A stretch of DNA of 63,011 bases, the filler included, from Choristocarpus tenellus KU-1152 (Eukaryota > Protista > Phaeophyceae): NCBI GenBank assembly GCA_964200185.2. It is 15 parts of 15 records of this genome, joined end to end, with 100 filler letters (N's around TTAATTAATTAA, not from the genome) between each part and the next. Parts side by side here need not be neighbours in the genome. Positions count along the whole stretch, not along the records: positions 49,317 to 57,180 come from CAXNAD020005474.1; positions 57,281 to 60,131 come from CAXNAD020024204.1; positions 60,232 to 63,011 come from CAXNAD020024814.1; 12 more parts are not named here. The stretch is one strand, 5' to 3'. Every line of letters starts with the position of its first letter. Position 1 is the first letter of the stretch. A model generated the notes under the pieces. The model did not search any database. It saw nothing but the letters and a program-made list of their open reading frames with translations, and was not told the DNA's origin. Below, piece by piece: positions 51,294 through 63,011 of the stretch. A program made the translations under genes and the position numbers.

Positions 51294-52188
51294 TGGACTA
51301 GGGAACATCTATTTTAGAGCACAGCCCCTATCAACCTGGTAGAATGGATGTTCCCGCTAAGGAATCTTGTTTATCTCGATTACACTGTCCGTTTCACAGC
51401 ACCAGGTTGACGATTGGCGATGGTATGATCTTCATATGAGGATGGGGGAACCGTGCTTATCCATTGGGGTCAAGTCCATTGACAACACAGTCTCAAGCAA
51501 CTGTTGTGAAACTTGGTCTACCTACCACAAAAGAAGGTGCATGGACACTTGCACTTCTAGGATGAAACGACTCTCACCACTCCAACAGTGAAATCATTCC
51601 ACAAGATCGAAACTCGGAATAGTATCATCAAGGTGCAAAGCTGTAGGGTAAATGGTACAATAGCAATTTGCAATGCACACATATTTGAGACAATAGAATG
51701 TTCTTGTGTTACATTCTTAGCCAAAGAAATACTTTCTTGAACAACCTCCTCTACCCCCCATCCTTCGCATATCTTGGTGATGATGTTTACGTGGATGCAT
51801 GCTGGATGAGCATGGGGTGTTTTTCAAGGCAGTGCCTCTATTCATATTATCTGCGTCTAGTTGAGAAAAGAGCTAAAATGTTTTTTGTTAATGCTGTGAA
51901 AAAGTATTTACACTTAAATGAGGATCAACACCAGTACCTCAAATTATGTTGGACATTCGTCATTGTAGAGATTCATTTGTAACACTGATAGAATGGACGC
52001 ACCAGGATGTGATGGGCAACCCTCAATGTGCTGGCAGATCTCTGTATGTCTGTTATTTCCCACACTGAGCTCATGCTGCAGGTAGTGTTGGATGTTGTGC
52101 CGAGTCTTGTGCAGGTATGAGTGGGGGAGATGATAATTGGTATAGGCACGAGGAAGGGTCAGGTGAGCACAATGAAAGAGTCAATGCA

Positions 52189-52438
52189 CAATCAAAGTAT
52201 CTTAGGGGGTAGAGCCGCGTCCGTTTGGGGGCCAAATCCAATGTTGCGATTTTGATGTAATTTTGGCTATCGTGTTCGTCAGGAAATTTCAATATCTTTG
52301 TTCCAGACACACCTCTACATAATGTATGCATTTTACCTACTCTGATACATTTCGGAGTAGGTAAACATAAGAAACCCGTGGGAAGCCAAGTCACAGACAA
52401 ACAGGGCAAAACTCGTAGCCTCTAAGATATTTTCACTC
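52189..52438. mobile_element. MITE family A (older copy)
   Basis: Both TIRs present; flanks TGCA/TGCG. Confidence 0.9.
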
Positions 52439-52599
52439 TGCGCCTGCATATCAACTTCATGGTGGGCACAACTCCATGCCATAAAAGCCTTTCATGTACT
52501 CAGTCGTAATCTGCAAGCCAAGGAGATTCCAACCAGAGTAAATGGCATCTTCTTAGAATATAGTCAAACCAGCTGGGTTGGATTGGAGATCTTTTTTTC

Positions 52600-54570
52600 G
52601 TTGTGCTTGTGAACTAGCAAAACTTAGGAGGCAAGGTTAGCAATATATTGCTCACAAGAACAAGGAACATCATTTCAAATTGGTTCAAATTAAAGCGAAC
52701 AACATACACAAGTCTCCTCTACTTCCACAATATTGCTATAATGTTGCTGTTTAGTGACCGCTGTGACAGTGGTAACCAAGGAATCTCTGATGCCACTGCT
52801 CTAGAAAATAGAGCACGGAGAAGGCATCGAGAACCTACAGCGGTTGAGGCCTTGGCATTACGTCCTTAATTAGCCTGGAACACATTGAAATGTAATTACG
52901 CGTTGTATGCCCTGCAAAAAGTTGAAGTACAAGGTCTACTCTGGTGAATTTAGGAAGGCTGAATCCACGAACCCCACTGTTGATGCATTTCAAGCACCTG
53001 CCAACAAAAACGAATACTAGTGACCTGATACCTTAATGCTGCTGTGAAAAGTGCTGCACAGTATTGTGACTATTGCCCCCTTGGTAGAGATGTTGTACCT
53101 GCCATCACAGGTCAAAGCAAATTTTAACGTAAGCCCATTGATGGTGAGAGGACGAGGTTGGGGAGGTGCAGAGGAAACGAGGGGCAGGATACAACTTGAA
53201 CTATGGATTTTCTACACAGAGGGATGCAGCAGGGGTGATCACAGCCCGTACTTGATACACCCCAGGGATGGTACTATGGCTGCCTCTCCTGTCTGAGGAC
53301 GAAAGACCCACGGGTCTCCATCTCCTTAGATACCAGGAAGCAACCGGAAGTTCCATGACATGGTTATAGCATGATGTTTCGATTTACACGAGAGGGTGTG
53401 CAAGAGAGGCAGATGAGAGCGACAAATATGCTCTGTACTGCAGATATTGGTAGTTGGTCAGAGTGTCACTGGTAAACTCCAGTTTGTTCATGCATATGTT
53501 GACTTACACGGAAAGGGGCAGATCTCCCGTATGCACACCCAGGGTGATGTCCGTTGCAGGTATGTTCTGATTGTCCATGGACCACACGCCTTGCATTGTG
53601 GGTAGGAACATGAACGCCTCTTCCCTGCAGAGAGTCGAAGGGTAGTATACAACTGTGGGATAGGCAGTCATTTTCTGCCCATATCTCCTTGATTCCCATT
53701 TTTTTTCTTGATGTTCATGTCCTTCCTTATCTTACACTGCGCAGTTTGGGTTGAAGAGACTGAATCATTGTGTGAGTCTCCCCCGTTGTCAAGCTTGACG
53801 TTTGAAGGGAATTTTATTAAGGTCTGACTTAGGTCTTGGCTCTTGGCTACGCTTTTTTATCAAGCTTCCAGAGAGTGTATTTGGAAGGGCTGGGAGGTGA
53901 AATATCGTTTTGGGGAAAAGTGGTTGAGAGACCTAGAGCTAAGTGTCTCGGATAGATGTTTGGACTTGCTAGTGGTGGATTGTATCAGAAAGAGAAGAAA
54001 GAGCCCCCACACTTCTTTGAAATAATTGTTAGTTTTGCAGAGCAAATGGTACTAGATCTCGCTCTACTCGTTAAAACATAGTCTGCTTTCTCCATATTCC
54101 ATAGATACAGTCCTGAACCCAGCATCGTTGCCTGGTTTTGTAGATACATGCATCCCTCTGTAGCAAGGACGTGAACTACAAGAAACCAATAGCTTCATTT
54201 TTTAGCATTAAAAATAAAAACTCCAATCACCCATCATTGTGAAAACAGTAACCGTATCAGGGTTCCCTACATCAAACGATCTTCTTACATATTGCCTTCA
54301 ACGGCATTTGCTCTCCAGAGGTCATACAAATACGATACCGACCACTCCTTCTCCACCACGAGCACGGTTGCTGTGCCACAGGGTATCACCTTCAACGCAC
54401 AAAGTCCAAGAGGATGGTCACCGGTTCACAGTTGGTGTTGAGGGAGTGAAGGTGAAACCATCAGCTAGCTGGGTCAATCGAAAACCTATCATTACCTTTT
54501 CTTCCCAAACCTTTTGCCTCAAGACTGAGATAGGTGTCTTTGCAAAGTTGATGGCTTTGTCCTCCTGAAA
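52600..54570 (-). pseudogene. Decayed KDZ-type transposase-like relic
   Basis: SHSTIPGV/GCDHPCCI and RSLNSNIIAILWK*RRLVYVVRFNLNQFEMMFL resemble the TPG..CxH and NS..EQ..N motifs. Confidence 0.3.
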
Positions 54571-54648
54571 AAATCTCGACTTTTGTTCCGGATGCCATGG
54601 AATTGCAGAAAAAGACTCAACCTATATTCATTTTTTTTTTGTACTATA

Positions 54649-54930
54649 GGCCCGTAGTATCCTAGAGGGAGGGTGTCCAGGCGTCCATTCCGGGCCTTTG
54701 TGACCCTATAGTTTTTTCTGACCTTCGTTTCACATGAGTGAACATATCAAATATAAACTCAATCCCCTTTGTCTGGACTCACCTCCCTGTTTGATCCCTC
54801 TACCTGGACCAAGTCCAAAGGAAAATTACCCACAAAACTGGCATCACACTGGGGTGTTTTACTACACCCTATCAAGCCCCAAATGGACAATCTGGTCTGA
54901 TCCCTCCCCCCTTTAGGAATACTATGGGCC
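54649..54930. mobile_element. MITE family D (GGCCCRTAGTAT termini)
   Basis: GGCCCGTAGTATCCTAGAGGGAGGG ... CCCCTTTAGGAATACTATGGGCC; shares the CCCCAAATGGAC subterminal motif with A/B. Confidence 0.75.
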
Positions 54931-56513
54931 TGAGAATTATACACCCCAAACCGAATCAAACCCTCTTGTTCCCAATCTTCCTCTCCCTCCTGTGCAGCAC
55001 ATGTGTTGCCTGTGGAGTTCGAAATATGTTTGATAAACTTTGAACGGTATTTGTTCAAACGATAATTGAGGTGCATTTGCAGCAATTTGACGTATTGTGT
55101 CAATTCTGGATGAGGTGCGCACCCCATACATCATACCTCGCTGCATACACGGTAGCAGGTCAACCAAAGGGGCTATGAAAATCGGTGTTCTAGATTGTGC
55201 AGGGTGATGGACCAGCAACCATTAGTACCAGCACCAATCAATTTGAGTATTGAGGATCGAATGAGAATAAATTAAAATTAAAATTAAAATTAAAATTATG
55301 AGAATAAACCGAAATCGATGTACTTGACAATAATAGAAATGCGTGCCCAACGCACGAATGGAGGTGCGCGAATGGCCGAGGCTTGCATGCGATGCCTGAT
55401 GCGCACCTTCCCACTAAAAAAAACAATCAGAATCCACCCTCTCAACTTTCGGTTCTGTCGATGGCCATGATACAACCGCGCTACAATACACAACATGAAA
55501 GGCGTTCGCTACTACTACCAGGTTTTAAATTCAAACATTGTTTTTGGTACTCTGGCAAGCACCCATTATCACGTGTTATCTTCCGTCCTGGGCGTGAGAA
55601 TGTAGGTGATGTGGTAGTCCAAAAACACCATCTCTTGGTAGCTCTCTCTGCGGTTAGTCCTTCCAAGGAATGCTTTACGTACAATCGGAGATATAGCCTC
55701 AGAATGTTTACGGGTGATGCATACTTTTCCTCTCAAGACTTCATACTTGCTTGGCTGGGCAAAGCAACCCACCACGCACCAGGGGCTAAAACAACTCAAT
55801 CACGATCATTTGACCAACCGATTCAGACCTCCAGTCTTTGCAGTTTCGAAAATTCGTAAAAAAAAAATACTTTTGATTCTTTTCGGTTTGTTATGCTCAA
55901 AATTAAAAATAATTTACAGGATATCCTAACGACTGCGATGAACAGATCCACCCCGGAACAACCTTTCGTTCATTCTGAGCCTCTCCGGAACAAGTAACTA
56001 TTTTTTATTATTTATTTATTTGTTGTACACCGTTTAAAATTTTTATTATTTATTTGTAACTAATTTTTATTATTTATCTACGGCAAATACTCTATAATAT
56101 AATCTAATCAGAAGAAGCGGGAACAATAATATTTCATTCATTCTGAACCTCTGGAAACAAGGAACTAGGGAAAAGGAAACAGCGTTTTATGTGTGGTACA
56201 CCATTTATAATCAATCTAGCCATTACTTGAATCAAATGAAGCACCTGGCCTCAATCGCAAGAGAAATACTCGATCCCTATTGAAATTCTGAAAGTTGGGT
56301 GCTTGACCCTTTCTTTGCCTGGTCTGAACATCGTGGTCTAGCCTAGTGTCCATGCACATTCCTATACATACAATGATGGTCATGGTAACAGACGTCTGTT
56401 GGCCATAAAGCCGAAACAGTTTCTAGTTGAATTGGCGTGTTTCTGGTTGAGGACACATGTTGCACAATAATATTCCTAGGTCTCCCACACAAGCAGGTGT
56501 TCGAGTTTTTTTT

Positions 56514-56592
56514 TTTTTATGTAGCTAAGGGAGCTACCCGATTGAACGTTGTTATCATGGGTTGCCCGGGTTCGATTCCTGACAACAGAAGA
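56514..56592 (+). pseudogene. Degenerate tRNA-like sequence (pseudo-tRNA or SINE head)
   Basis: A-box-like TAGCTAAGGG, B-box GGTTCGATTCC and a following T-run; no clean anticodon arm. Confidence 0.35.
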
Positions 56593-57785
56593 CGTTTTTT
56601 TAGAGAGAGAGATTTGCCTTCGATGGACCGCGTGACAAGTACATTGGGAATGTACACGGGTACCTGGCTATTACTGTCTTGTGCTAAGGTACATATAGGA
56701 ACGCAGCAGGAAGATCTGGACTGGGGAGGTGAAGGTTTTTGTTCTGACGGAGTTGGTAAGGGACCAGATTGAAGGAAGTGGAGTAACAAGCGGAGGGGGG
56801 ATAGCTGAACCTAATATGTGAGAAAACATGAAGGCATGCACGGGGTAGTCCAAATAGTTGTAGAGATACAGAAGTAGTTGGTTCTCTTGGTAGAAGAAAT
56901 TTTAGCAGTGTGCACACACTATGATCAAACTACAAGTTAGGGTTAGGGTTAGGGTGGAGGTAGTGGAGAAGTTCCAGACTAAAAGTGAGCAAATAATAAA
57001 TAATAAAATAAAATAGTTACACGTGTAACAACAGCAACGGTGAGATTATAGTAGCACTAATAATAGCAACAATAAAAATAATAACAATAATCCATATTTT
57101 GGGTTGTGCTGGGACTGCAGACCTGGAGTTTCAAGAGCAAAATCGATCAGGCTCAAAGTATCTGGGGGGGGGGGGGGGGGNNNNNNNNNNNNNNNNNNNN
57201 NNNNNNNNNNNNNNNNNNNNNNNNTTAATTAATTAANNNNNNNNNNNNNNNNNNNNNNNNNNNNNNNNNNNNNNNNNNNNGCACAATGCTCTGCATAGGC
57301 AACAGGGGGTAGTGAGGCAGGGGGTGAGTGAGGGGGGACCTCTGTTGGGTTGTAACCACTCGCTGTGCTCCAGCATCCCCAGGAAGAAAGAAACAGGGGG
57401 AGGGGTTGTGCTGGAGAAAGTGTGTGGGGGCTATGCTGGGGGCGAAAGAGGATAGGAAATAGAACACCTGCCACTTGTTAAGCAGCTGCAGTGCTCAAGC
57501 AGCAACACCACCAAGAGGAAAGACAGAAGGGGGGGGGAATGCCTGAGTGGAGGGGGTGGGCTGATCTGTGCTTGTCTGTGCAAAATTTGGTGCATCGAGG
57601 TAAACATACTCAAGACCTTTTCTATACAGTACATACGTTGTGTGTGTAGTTGTGGGGTCTGTACATAACCCTGATCTGCAAGGTCGCTCAACAAAGAATA
57701 TCTAATAATGAATACATCGCAGACCAGGGGTCTGGCAGACAACTTGAAAGCAGATGCTATTTTTTGGTCCAACCATCCCCTAAAT

Positions 57786-58034
57786 GAGTCAAAGTAAACG
57801 AGAGGTTCCCAAAGTTGCACATGAAGGATGTTGACAAGTATGTCCTAAATTCGGCTTAATTTTACATATGAATATAGGGTATACTCTTGATTCTATCGAA
57901 TAGTTTCAAACAATAGAGAAATAAATGATATCAAGTCAAAGAGAACACTGTATCCATGAAATATGGGTGAATTGGAAAATATTGAAAAATACAAAACGGT
58001 CAAAACTCGGGGTACCTCTCGTTTATTTTCGGTC
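57786..58034. mobile_element. MITE family C, 3-bp TSD AAT
   Basis: AAT|GAGTCAAAGTAAACGAGAGG ... GGTACCTCTCGTTTATTTTCGGTC|AAT. Confidence 0.88.
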
Positions 58035-59289
58035 AATAATGTTCAACAAAAATCTGAACAACAGATAGAAATAAATGGTGTGTGTGTGATGATAGGTACA
58101 CATCTATATCCACCAATTTCCATCCAGAAATATAAAGTGTACTGTTGTTATAGTATAGATAGTTGAAAATATATTTTTTGAATATGCATATAATACACTC
58201 TACCTGCCACAATAATTTCGTAGTAAAAATTTATATGAATATGTCTGTAGGGGTCTGGTACGAATACTCGAGACTGGAGACCTTCACATGAAAAATAGGA
58301 GTGTAGGGAAACCTTTTCCGGTGAATATGAAAATATTTAATAGCGAAACATTTAGAAATGGGATATAGACAGGCATTTATGTTTTTTATTTAATATATAT
58401 TTTAGTCGGAATATCTAATATATATATAATTTGTCTTCGGCCTTCACTTTTTCTACTGAGGTGGAGAATATCCCGATATCGTGGTCTTTATATCATGGTC
58501 GGGGTAACTACAATATAACATATACTTGTCAATTGGGGGTCATTTAGTGGTAGTAACTACTACATAGTTTTAATTATAGTGTAGTGCTCTATATATTACT
58601 ACTATAACTGGATAAAGTAGTACTTACTACTTTGTTGTTCTTCAAGTACGACCCACTATCGCACCATGGTTCTCTCACACGTCTCTCTCACATGTTGAGT
58701 TCAACGCTTGTTAGTCCGTCTCCTCCTTGGGATCTTCTACAAGATATGACTCGGCTTCTGACGTTGACACTTCGATCTTGGTCCGACGTTTTTGTGATGT
58801 GGGGACAGACAGGGTCTTAGACAGGATAGCATTAATCTAAATATATTTAATTGCGTATATTCTGTTGAGCTTGCCAAGATAGTATCCAAACCGAACTCAA
58901 ATTTACGTGAAAAGAACTGTGGTGATAAGCTTCAATCCTGTGAAGCTCATGTATATGTTAAACTCATTGCATCGAAGACCAATCGCATGACACAGGACAC
59001 CATTTCATACCCACTTATTCCGTTTTGAATAGGGATTGTTACGTCTACTACAGAATACCCAAACGAAATTGATTGGCGTGGGAACGTGTTAAAATGAAAA
59101 CATATCTAGAGATGGTTGACTCATACCCAACACGGAAGTGGGTTTTGTGTTGGTGTATGATTATATGACCCTTTTGCAGTGACGTACCCACTTCCTCCCA
59201 TATGGGCCACCACCTCTAACCGAGTTGTATTTCCATTTCAAATGGAATTACGAGTATGTCATCTTTAATTAACCGAGTACGTGTGTTGT

Positions 59290-60067
59290 TGGGTGCCTTT
59301 AGTCTTCACTTTTTGGAGGGGTAGGGCAACGATTCATAACGACAAAACAACAGTAGGCAAGAAAAAAAGGGACAGGGCAGAAGATAACTATCCTGAACCG
59401 TATTCAGAGGTACTGGACAGTGGAATATTTATCATAAAAGGGGAATTTTATCGAGTAGTCTGAGTTTTGTGGGCAGTAGAATTCTGAGTAGGGAAAAAAG
59501 AAAATAATGAGGTGGACGAAGAGTTAAGTACCGGGTGACTAGGAGACAGAAGAGGAAGGAGATAAGTTCAAAGAAATGGGCGGTAGGTACAAGCATGTGG
59601 TTGGAAGGGGTGGATCAGAACATAAAGGAAACTTGAGGTTGTTGGGACTGGACAAGCAGAGCTAGAACAAAGCAAACTCTGAGGAATCTTTCCCACCCAC
59701 CCTTTCGATTGTTCACGACTGGGATGCTGGAGAACAGGGGGGTGGAGGGCAAGTTTGGGCGGGGTAGATGTCTTCTAGTTCAAAGGCATGGTATTGAAGT
59801 GGATGAAGGGGTGTTCTTGGATGATTGTGGAGTGGTGTTGAGTGGTGTTGAATGGTGTGGTCGAGTGGAAAGTGGTGTGGGTTTGAGTGGGGTTGAATGG
59901 TGGGGCGAAGCGGAAAGTTATGGTGACTGGAAATCAGTGATGAAGGGGTCGCACTGGTTGGTCACCAGATGTGGCTGGTGACAGGAAATCAGAGGCGAAA
60001 GGGTTGCACCGGTTGGTCATCGAATGTGGTTGGTGACTGGAGATCAGTAGCGAAGGGGGTTTGCACT
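59290..60067 (-). repeat. Second copy of the 24100-25058 repeat (55-bp units), interrupted by a B2 MITE
   Basis: Shared GGGCGGGGTAGATGTCTTCTAGTTCAAAGGCA and tandem units at 59925, 59980, 60035. Confidence 0.8.
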
Positions 60068-60231
60068 GGGTCAAAGTATCTGGGTGGTTTGTGAGGGGGC
60101 GTCCGTTTCGGTCAACCAACTCTTTTTTTTGNNNNNNNNNNNNNNNNNNNNNNNNNNNNNNNNNNNNNNNNNNNNTTAATTAATTAANNNNNNNNNNNNN
60201 NNNNNNNNNNNNNNNNNNNNNNNNNNNNNNN

Positions 60232-60491
60232 CTAAGTATCTTAGAGGGTAAAGCCGCGTCCATTTGGGGGTCAAAATCCAATGTTGCGATTTTGATGTAA
60301 TTTGGGCTGTCGTGTTTGTTAGGAAGTGTCAATATCTATGTTCGGGACACACCTTTTCACAACATACACATTTTACCTACTCCTAAACCTTTTGGGGTAG
60401 GAAAATGCCATAAAACAACCCATGGGAAGCCAAGCCCCAAATGGACAAACTGGACAAAACAAAACTTGTACCTTCTAAGTTACTTTCACTC
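60232..60491. mobile_element. MITE family A
   Basis: AAGTATCTTAGAGGG ... TACTTTCACTC. Confidence 0.9.
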
Positions 60492-61042
60492 AGAATCCAT
60501 AGGTTAATTTGGAACTGGAGTCCCTATGTTGGAGAAAACTGACAGAGTCGGAACTGAAGCCCTTATGTTGCCAAATGGCAATTATGCATGCCACCGCAGC
60601 ATGATCTAAGGTGATGGATATTTATTATCCAGATAAGGATTGTTGCCTGTGGAAAGCATGGAACAGGTAGTCCCTGCATGGAACATAGGATAGCAAACGT
60701 TGGCACCATTTATGACTTACATCAGAACAGATAGCTATGTATGTAAGATGTTTTGCTTTTTTAAAATATATGTATCACCCCACACTGTCCCCTTGCTCTC
60801 TGTGTGTGTTGGTAGATTCAGAACTAGAGTGTGCTCCTCCCTCACATAATGAACCGAGTCTAGGTGTAGCACAAATGTTACTTCAGAGAACAGTTGATGC
60901 CGCACTCTCAGGAATACTGTCAGCTCTGCAAGATTGCCTCATGGGACCTGATCATCGAGACTTAGGCGTTAGAAGTTGGTCATCACTCAGTAGTTCCCAG
61001 GATCAAAGTATGCCAGTGTGTAAATCCCCTTCCTCTGATTAG

Positions 61043-61486
61043 ATGACCCCAGATAAAACACCTAAGGTAGACCCGACACACACCCCACAGCAACTCCTTC
61101 CCCCGCTTAACGCCTCTGACTCTTTTGGTTGGCAACCTTTAGACTCTACCCTCGAAGACAGGGTAGAAATAAAAGGAAAGGCAGGAGAAGAGAAGCCACT
61201 ACAGTTAGATGTCTTCCATGCCCTATGGGACCTCTATAATCCAGACATGAGCCCACGCCCTACTGACACCTCCTGCCAAGGAAAATCCTTGTCTAGAGAG
61301 GATACATTATGTCTTTTCCCCACAGGTACTACTGTCAAGAAGACATGGAAAGACAAGAAGGGAAAGGATAAGTGGTACATAGGTACAGTTTTTTACTTTA
61401 AGTCACCCTACTGGAGGGTACGGTTTAATGATGGGGATTGGGAAGAAATGAACAAAAGTGAAATGAGTCGTTTCTCCCGAAAATAA
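61043..61486 (+). CDS. Probable C-terminus of an LTR-retrotransposon pol with a Tudor-like domain
   Basis: FPTGTTVKKTW...WYIGTVFYFKSPYWRVRFNDGDWEEM (Tudor-like aromatic cage); PPT-like CTGGGGGGCA|TG follows at 61605-61616. Confidence 0.55.
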   Translation: MTPDKTPKVDPTHTPQQLLPPLNASDSFGWQPLDSTLEDRVEIKGKAGEEKPLQLDVFHALWDLYNPDMSPRPTDTSCQGKSLSREDTLCLFPTGTTVKKTWKDKKGKDKWYIGTVFYFKSPYWRVRFNDGDWEEMNKSEMSRFSRK

Positions 61487-62562
61487 TCCAACAGGTAACC
61501 ACTACGTATCCAGAAGGCAAGGTACATGAGGACTAACCGATTTATAGGCTGATGTTGATGTTATGGCCTGTTTCACGCACTAGCAGCCGTCAGTATGCTT
61601 CGTGCTGGGGGGCATGAGACAGGCAATAATTGGATGATACTTGGCACTCTAGGAAAGCCGTACTTTAGAGAGAATGAATACATCCTCAGAATTAGGCTAG
61701 ACACAGACAGATTTCCCCAAGTAGGATAAGGATACATGTTTAGGCCTAGTAGAAGTTTGGCATATTTTTCTGCTCGTCCTTCTCCCTGGTACAGGATTAT
61801 TTGAGACAATTGATGAGGTCTATTGTCTTCACCAGTAACAATCACTTGTAGTAAACGTTGTTGCATAGGATACATTCTTCTTTTGTTTTTGTTTTATTTT
61901 TATTTTCTTCATTTTGTTATCCTGAAGTCCCAGCTCAAAAGAACAGGCATATTTAGATTAGGCAGACACAATTTGAATAAGAGTACATCCTATGACCTTG
62001 TGGACGGACTCTTTTTTAAAGAATTGTGTGGAGATAACATTATCGACTAAGGTGATCGGAACTGGGGTCCCATTCATTTTAGGCCATGTCAGAGATGGAT
62101 ACTATGCAACTTTTGAAGATGCTTCAGAAAGAGCAAGTACACACTCAGACTAGCCGAAATGTAAATTATAATCTGTGCCTCTTAGGATAAATTATCCCAA
62201 GAAAAACATGGATATGTGTTGATCGATTCCGGACCTAGTTGAAGTTATATATTTCGAATAAAAATATATACTCTAATTAGCTCAGACATTTATTGATTAT
62301 GGATGTATCTTAAGACTTCTAAGAAAATATTATCGAGAAGAAACTGGGAGATATGTTAATCATTGGTTGGAAATATCTGGAATTTGGAACTGAGGTCCCT
62401 GGGTTGGAAGCAACTGACGAGTTTGGAACTGGAGCCCCTCTTTTGCTTGATGGCAACTAACACATGCTGCTACAGCGTGATCAGAGGAGACAGGTAATAT
62501 CTATTGTCTTAACCGGTGACAATCGCCTGTAGTAAGCGTGAAACATGTATACCTAGTTCACG

Positions 62563-63011
62563 CTGGGGGGCATGTCACTGGCGAATAGCGCGAGTATTTC
62601 TTCCCACGCTTTAACCAGCGCGAGCAGTATACACGCGTGGGGAACCCCAAAAGGGGGAACTCCGATTTGCCTTTAGGTAAAAGTTGCAGAATAAACTGTA
62701 ACTCAGGTAGTTGCAGAGGGTCATGGATGGATGGTCGGAAAGGGTTCTCAGATACATTCCAGTATTTGTAAACCCGAACAATCCCCCAACGGCAAATGAT
62801 TATTAGATTCCTAAAAACGGCTCAAACCAGATCAGTTCTTCTTATCTAACAAGACCCACATAGCTCGCACTCTCTATTTTGATGTCAAACTTTATATACA
62901 CTTTATACTGATTGATTCAATTGAGAGTACCCCTGTTCTGCTGAGCTGACGTTCGATAATCTGTGAATTGGACTTGACTTGTACATCCTGGAAAGGTGAG
63001 CGTTGAGGGAC
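62563..63011 (+). mobile_element. PPT followed by probable LTR start (TGTCAC at 62573)
   Basis: GCTGGGGGGCA|TGTCAC; the upstream 62381-62550 is a diverged copy of 60505-60670. Confidence 0.5.

Noticed and set aside
1-63011. Fanzor/TnpB, giant-virus or Helitron genes
   Set aside because: No RuvC plus zinc-finger, NCLDV core or Rep/helicase motifs recognised by eye; a profile search would be needed to exclude them

Overview
Eukaryotic, intron-rich, transposon-saturated DNA. It is not one locus: 15 short contigs are concatenated with 14 artificial 100-bp linkers (N-run + TTAATTAATTAA + N-run), so nothing should be inferred across a linker. TTAGGG motifs, long introns and the transposon repertoire suggest a stramenopile, probably a brown-algal lineage (inference). 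Host-gene exons can be read for PSMD7/Rpn8, a ZSWIM2-like RING+ZZ ligase, a TMC channel, the PP2A A subunit and an ankyrin-repeat protein, plus an intact tRNA-Val(TAC). Most of the rest is mobile DNA: a spliced, decayed Sola-like (DUF7869) DDD transposase, a DD39D-type mariner, an IS630/Tc1-like TIR element (2 copies), Gypsy and Copia fragments, a solo LTR, a Tudor-tailed Gypsy-like end and probable KDZ-type relics. The most striking signal is about 30 MITE copies or ends in at least 4 families with different interiors. They share one terminal motif (5'-GRNYCAAAGTA), yet family A makes 4-bp and families B/C apparently 3-bp target duplications, and a 20-bp minisatellite is built around the same TIR core. 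Several host exons also appear to need non-YAG (GAG/AAG) acceptors. Protein family calls come from motif recall, not database searches.
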